Assembly: GCA_048938895.1 (NCBI GenBank)
Contig: JBHLLU010000006.1
Coordinates: 32,001 to 96,000, forward strand
Length of the DNA stretch: 64,000 nucleotides
From: Promethearchaeota archaeon
GTDB taxonomy: Archaea; Asgardarchaeota; Lokiarchaeia; Sigyniarchaeales; SOKP01
Reading direction: 5' to 3'
The first letter of the stretch is position 1; each line of letters starts with the position of its first letter. A model generated the notes under the pieces. It had not been told where the DNA came from. It ran no database searches and saw only the letters and a list, made by a program, of their open reading frames with translations. Both the position numbers and the translations under genes were made by a program. Below, one piece after another: positions 59,279-64,000 of the stretch.

Positions 59279-62020
59279 TTACTTTTTATCTAAATCATCA
59301 ACCAATTTATCAAGCTCGGATTTCTTTTCTATACTTTTATCTATTAATGCTTCAGACTCTAATTTTTCAGAAGATTGTGTAGATTTTGCTTTATCGGTTG
59401 ATAATTCTTTTTTAGGGGATAAAATAGGTTTGCTACTCCGTTTTAGTCTGAAGTCACTGGATGATTTGCCCAAATTCTCGTTATATACCACTTTAAAGGC
59501 AGCACTACTTCCTAAAATAATAATATTAGGTGTAGATTTTCTTTTAAGTGTTTTTCTATATTTTCGAACCTTTCTTACTTGTTTAGGGTATTTTAAATAA
59601 GTTTGATAAGCATAGATATATATTATTAAGCCAGCAATCAATATGGTTATAAGAGTAAATAAGATTGGAAATAAGGTATTTTCTCCTGTCTTCTCACTGA
59701 TAGCTGCGATGATAATTTCATAATCTTCAATTAAATATTTATCACCATAAAATGCTGAAATTACTATAGGATAAGTACCCTTAGGAACATCTGTTATGTT
59801 AGCTTCATATATTCCATCATTATCGAGATCCGCAAGGATTCCCGAACCCCCTTCCCAAGTATATGTTACAACTGCTCCGGTAATAAATCCCCCAAAATCC
59901 GTATTATTTAATCTTATTTGTAACTTCACATCAGATCCAGGCTTGGTTTCAATCGTGCTTGATCCTGAAACGGGTACAATTGCAATAACAATTTTCCTAA
60001 TGGAGACTGTAATTTCTACAACTTTTGTCTGGAGTGATTCCGTTTGGGCTGTAACAGTCAATAAATTTGTGCCTATTTTTAAATTCTGATTCGTATCAAT
60101 AACAATTGAATATTGTTCAAAATAAGCACTTTCATTAATATAGGAGCTAAATGTCTCCGAGGTCAAAAGAATATCTGCTCCCGGAATATGAGTTCCATTA
60201 GGTAGATTATATTTGAGAGTAATATTTAGCGTTTCGCTAAAAATTAAATTTATATATGGATCGGGAGTAACATCTTGATTATTTAATATTACCTGCAAAT
60301 CTTGAGTTGGAAATTTATTGATCCTCACAATTATATATATTATCCTAGTTTCATAATCTTCTGCTTGAGCGATAATAGTTAAAAAATTAACACCAGCGTC
60401 TGATATATCTGTATTAATTGTAATACTATACTGTTCTAAAATTGCACTTTCTTCTAAATCTCCTGTAAAATTACCTGTTAACTCTACTGTAGCATTAGGT
60501 ATATGGGTACCAGTTTTATTAAGATATTTTACTGTGATATTCAAAGAATCACCAATATAAATATCAATGTCAGGATCTTCAGTTTTATTGGCAGAATTTA
60601 AGAATAAATGGAGATCTGTCTGTTTATCAGGAAATATAATTGTATAAGAAATGTTGAGAACAACATCATCAATAGATATGGTAATATTTCTATCCAGATT
60701 GAATTCATCCGCAAGAAAAACTTCAATCGAGAGATTTACATCATTTATAATCAATGAAGTAATATCAAATCCTCCAATTTTAGCCTCCTGAAATGAAGTT
60801 GTACCTGTGCTTAATTTAACTGTTTCTGGATGTTTATTATTGTTGATTAAGATTCTTAATTCAGAATTTTGGGCAGAGGTTGGCCAATTTTGATCAATTT
60901 TATATTTAAAATTAAGTAATGCTTCATTTACTATTACAGTATAATTACTTAAGTCGCTAATACTATCGGCATCCTGATTCCATGATACGGATGTAAATTG
61001 ATCGATCTTTTTCACATAAGAAAAAGTTAAATTGAATGATCTTATAATTAGGGAATTCCATCTATCGACGTCAACTCCAATTTCATTATCTTCACAATAA
61101 ATATCTATACCAAGGGTTATAGTAAAATTAATTCCGTTAGAGCTTAATACTGAAGTTAAAGCATCAATCAATACACTTTCTGGTATTGTGTCCATTTGGG
61201 AATCTGGAAAACTGCCAATTGCAGGTGAATCCTGCCCTAGGTTTCCTGCTCCTGTATTGTTAGTAGCTATTGGAATTGGTAATAAAGTCTCTTCAGCATC
61301 ATTTAACGATACATAAAAATCTGCAGAATCACCCGAAGAATATACATCAAGACCTACATCACCTTCACGATCTATACCACCCGCAGTTCCAGCATGAGGT
61401 GAGACACTAACCGAAGCATTAAAAATAACATCTAGCGATGCGGAGGTGATCACATAATCTGACATGTTTACAGGCATGTTTATTGTTCTTTTCCAATGTA
61501 CACTTGGTCGATTTCTTGTTTGATTATTATCTTCATGCCATAAATGAGAAACATAGCAGCCTGAAGAATTAATTACGTAAGTATCTGGTAAAATGGGTAG
61601 ATCTGGATTCTTGTGGGGACTCCAATCCACACTACTGAGTGAATTGTCAATTTCCATTTCACCTGAATCTCCAAGAATCGTATAATTAGCTTGTCCTATA
61701 TCAGGTAATGCTATGACATCTGAAGGATCTCCTAAATCTCCATATTTGGGATACCACGTTGGTTGAATCGGAGAATCAAATGAAGTATTATTTAACCATT
61801 GTTTTGTAAAGGATGATTGAGCAGCTATTTCAATATTCTCATTTACCAAGGTCTCCTTTGGTGATATCGTAAATGTACTTTGTTTGAAAAAAGGTAATAT
61901 TAACAAAGAACTGAAAATGATGATCATCAGAATAACTATTAAGTAGAATAATTTACCTTGTTTTTTGAATATTAAATTACATTGCCGCATTTTTCTTAAT
62001 TTAAGCCCCAATTTATTCAT
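59279..62020 (-). CDS. Large receptor-like surface protein (paralogue) with repeated beta-sandwich stalk
   Basis: N-terminal signal-anchor, shared ectodomain, about 3 stalk repeats, TM, LKYPKQVRKVRKYR. Confidence 0.85.
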   Translation of the reverse strand: MNKLGLKLRKMRQCNLIFKKQGKLFYLIVILMIIIFSSLLILPFFKQSTFTISPKETLVNENIEIAAQSSFTKQWLNNTSFDSPIQPTWYPKYGDLGDPSDVIALPDIGQANYTILGDSGEMEIDNSLSSVDWSPHKNPDLPILPDTYVINSSGCYVSHLWHEDNNQTRNRPSVHWKRTINMPVNMSDYVITSASLDVIFNASVSVSPHAGTAGGIDREGDVGLDVYSSGDSADFYVSLNDAEETLLPIPIATNNTGAGNLGQDSPAIGSFPDSQMDTIPESVLIDALTSVLSSNGINFTITLGIDIYCEDNEIGVDVDRWNSLIIRSFNLTFSYVKKIDQFTSVSWNQDADSISDLSNYTVIVNEALLNFKYKIDQNWPTSAQNSELRILINNNKHPETVKLSTGTTSFQEAKIGGFDITSLIINDVNLSIEVFLADEFNLDRNITISIDDVVLNISYTIIFPDKQTDLHLFLNSANKTEDPDIDIYIGDSLNITVKYLNKTGTHIPNATVELTGNFTGDLEESAILEQYSITINTDISDAGVNFLTIIAQAEDYETRIIYIIVRINKFPTQDLQVILNNQDVTPDPYINLIFSETLNITLKYNLPNGTHIPGADILLTSETFSSYINESAYFEQYSIVIDTNQNLKIGTNLLTVTAQTESLQTKVVEITVSIRKIVIAIVPVSGSSTIETKPGSDVKLQIRLNNTDFGGFITGAVVTYTWEGGSGILADLDNDGIYEANITDVPKGTYPIVISAFYGDKYLIEDYEIIIAAISEKTGENTLFPILFTLITILIAGLIIYIYAYQTYLKYPKQVRKVRKYRKTLKRKSTPNIIILGSSAAFKVVYNENLGKSSSDFRLKRSSKPILSPKKELSTDKAKSTQSSEKLESEALIDKSIEKKSELDKLVDDLDKK

Positions 62021-62040
62021 TTTTTTTCTGATTTTAATTA

Positions 62041-64000
62041 TTATGATTTTTGGATAGTTTTTTCTGTAGGTTTACCTCTTAAAAATTTTGATGTTTTACT
62101 TAATTCTTCATGAAACACTGTTTCAAATGCTTTATTACGATCAACAATACTGATTCTAGGCAACCCTGTTCTTCTCAACCTTTTGCGATATTTTCGAACT
62201 TTACGAACTGTTCTTGGGTATTTTAAAACTTTTTGATAAGCATAAAGATAAGCACCTAATGCAATAGATACGATAATGCCTACTATCAATAAGATCTGAA
62301 AAATAATGGAAGAATCTTTTAGCTTACTCGCAACTATGATGAATTCAAGACTTATAAAATTGTACTTATCACCACCAAAAGCATCAATTATAATGGGATG
62401 AGTTCCAACTGGTACATTTGATATAGTTGCTTCATATATACCATCATTATCAGGATCCTCAAAGATTCCATTCCCCTTTTCCCAAGAGTAGGTGACAATT
62501 GCCCCTTTAACTATTTCATTTAAATCTGTATTATTTATAAATACTCTGATAATAGCGTCTTCTCTAGCATGAATACCAATGGTATCAGTATTGTTGACAC
62601 CAGTTATAACAGAATTAATTTTTCTAACTGTTATTCTAGGATTTATAGTTTGATATTCAAAATTTAATTTACTCGCTTCAATTTTTAAGAGATTATTACC
62701 AAAACTTAGTTTTATTGAACTATTAATGAGAATAGAATATTGATGGAATTTAACACTTTCATTTAATGTTTCTATTATTCCCATTCCTGACAAAGTAACT
62801 GTTGCTCCCATTACAGGTGTGCCTATAAGAGTGTTATATTTGACAGTTATATTAAGTAGAGCATCAAGAGGAATATCTTTTAAAGGATCTAAGGTTCTAT
62901 TTTCCCCATTTAAGAAAAGATGTAAATTTTGTGTTTCAGTAGGTACAACCGTTAAAATTGGATTTATTGTACTTAATTCATAATTTATCTTATGGGCAAC
63001 AACTTTAAATTGAAATGTGCCCACGTTTAAATCATTTGAATCTATTATAATTGTATATTGTCCATGGGTTATATCTTCTATTAAAGTTCCTGTGATATTC
63101 CCTGATAATTGAACAACCGCTCCTGAGATATGAGTACCAGTATCATCAGGATATTTAACTGTAATATTCAAATCATTTCCTACAGGATGACTATAAACTG
63201 GATTTAATGTCTTATTGATACCATTAAAAAATATTTGTAGGTTAGTCTGAAAATCAGGAAAGATTACTGTATAAGTAATGTTAAGGTATACATCATCAAT
63301 AGAAACAGTCGTATTACGATTCAAGCTAAATTTATCCGCAAGATAAACTTGAATTGAAAAATTAATATCTGTATTATAAGGTATAAAAGATGTAACATCA
63401 AATCCCCCAATTTTAGCTTCTTGAAATGATGTTGTGGCATCAGTTAACTTAATCGTTTCAGGTATTTTATTTGTATTTATATAAGCCCTAATTTCAGAAT
63501 TTGGAGATTTACTAGTCCAATTATTATCGATTTTATACTTGAAATTAAGTTTAGCTTCATTTAATATGACTGTATCATTACTTACATCATTTATCTGCCC
63601 AGCATCTTGATTCCAAGAAATTGAACTGAATTGTTTAATCTTTTTCTCGTAACTGAAAGTTAAATTAAAAGATCGAATAATTAAACTTCTCCACCTATCA
63701 ATATCTACGTTATATTCATTATCTTCACAATAGATATCAATTCCCAAAGTTATTGTAAAGTTATAACCATCATTACTTAAAACAGAGGTCAAATATGATT
63801 TAAGAATCTCCTCCGAAACTGGATTTAATGGCGTATCTGGATATGAATCTATTACAGGACTGTCTTGGCCTAAATTTGTAGTTTTATTGGTGGCAATAGG
63901 ATAAGTGAAACTATTATCTAAGTCTGAAAGTTGAGCATAAAATGTTGCTGAATCACCAATACCAAATTGTGGCACTGTTGGTGGGTTACCTTCTGTATAA
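62041..64000 (-). CDS. Large receptor-like surface protein (paralogue; 5' end lies outside the window)
   Basis: The frame stays open to the window edge (YTEGNPPTVPQFG...), so the track start at 63975 is internal. It has the same domain order and LKYPRTVRKVRKYR. Confidence 0.85.
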   Translation of the reverse strand, partial: YTEGNPPTVPQFGIGDSATFYAQLSDLDNSFTYPIATNKTTNLGQDSPVIDSYPDTPLNPVSEEILKSYLTSVLSNDGYNFTITLGIDIYCEDNEYNVDIDRWRSLIIRSFNLTFSYEKKIKQFSSISWNQDAGQINDVSNDTVILNEAKLNFKYKIDNNWTSKSPNSEIRAYINTNKIPETIKLTDATTSFQEAKIGGFDVTSFIPYNTDINFSIQVYLADKFSLNRNTTVSIDDVYLNITYTVIFPDFQTNLQIFFNGINKTLNPVYSHPVGNDLNITVKYPDDTGTHISGAVVQLSGNITGTLIEDITHGQYTIIIDSNDLNVGTFQFKVVAHKINYELSTINPILTVVPTETQNLHLFLNGENRTLDPLKDIPLDALLNITVKYNTLIGTPVMGATVTLSGMGIIETLNESVKFHQYSILINSSIKLSFGNNLLKIEASKLNFEYQTINPRITVRKINSVITGVNNTDTIGIHAREDAIIRVFINNTDLNEIVKGAIVTYSWEKGNGIFEDPDNDGIYEATISNVPVGTHPIIIDAFGGDKYNFISLEFIIVASKLKDSSIIFQILLIVGIIVSIALGAYLYAYQKVLKYPRTVRKVRKYRKRLRRTGLPRISIVDRNKAFETVFHEELSKTSKFLRGKPTEKTIQKS

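Noticed and set aside
1-64000. tRNA/rRNA genes, transposases, integrases, cas genes
   Set aside because: No GC-rich structured intergenic islands or diagnostic motifs seen by eye. tRNAscan-SE or Infernal would be needed to exclude small RNAs.

Overview
AT-rich (roughly 30% GC by eye) archaeal window, very likely from an Asgard archaeon of the Lokiarchaeia/Promethearchaeia type. The evidence is a Rab-like small GTPase, a longin-GTPase fusion, a TPR-longin protein, an LRR protein, a V4R-like protein, a Loki-CTERM-like surface protein and archaeal markers (PUA/MCT-1 homologue, short XPF, ADH synthase). About 50 CDSs cover amino-acid and fatty-acid catabolism (HypD-type glycyl radical enzyme, tryptophanase, CoA transferase, beta-oxidation enzymes), three ABC systems and many membrane or surface proteins. 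I saw no tRNA, rRNA, CRISPR array or transposase. Main observations: (1) an LRR-coiled coil-ribbon-helix-helix fusion, translationally coupled to an unannotated 57-aa ORF and preceded by a duplicated TATGTACATA operator-like element around its TATA box; (2) a tandem array of receptor-like membrane proteins with a near-invariant cytoplasmic KYPxxVRKVRKYR motif, in which one gene looks like a head-to-tail fusion of the A and B types encoded separately next to it; (3) an MFS-longin fusion flanked by two LMW phosphatases with the YwlE-like Thr; (4) a probable ATT start codon; (5) a TPR-longin pseudogene. All family calls come from motif recognition, not database searches.
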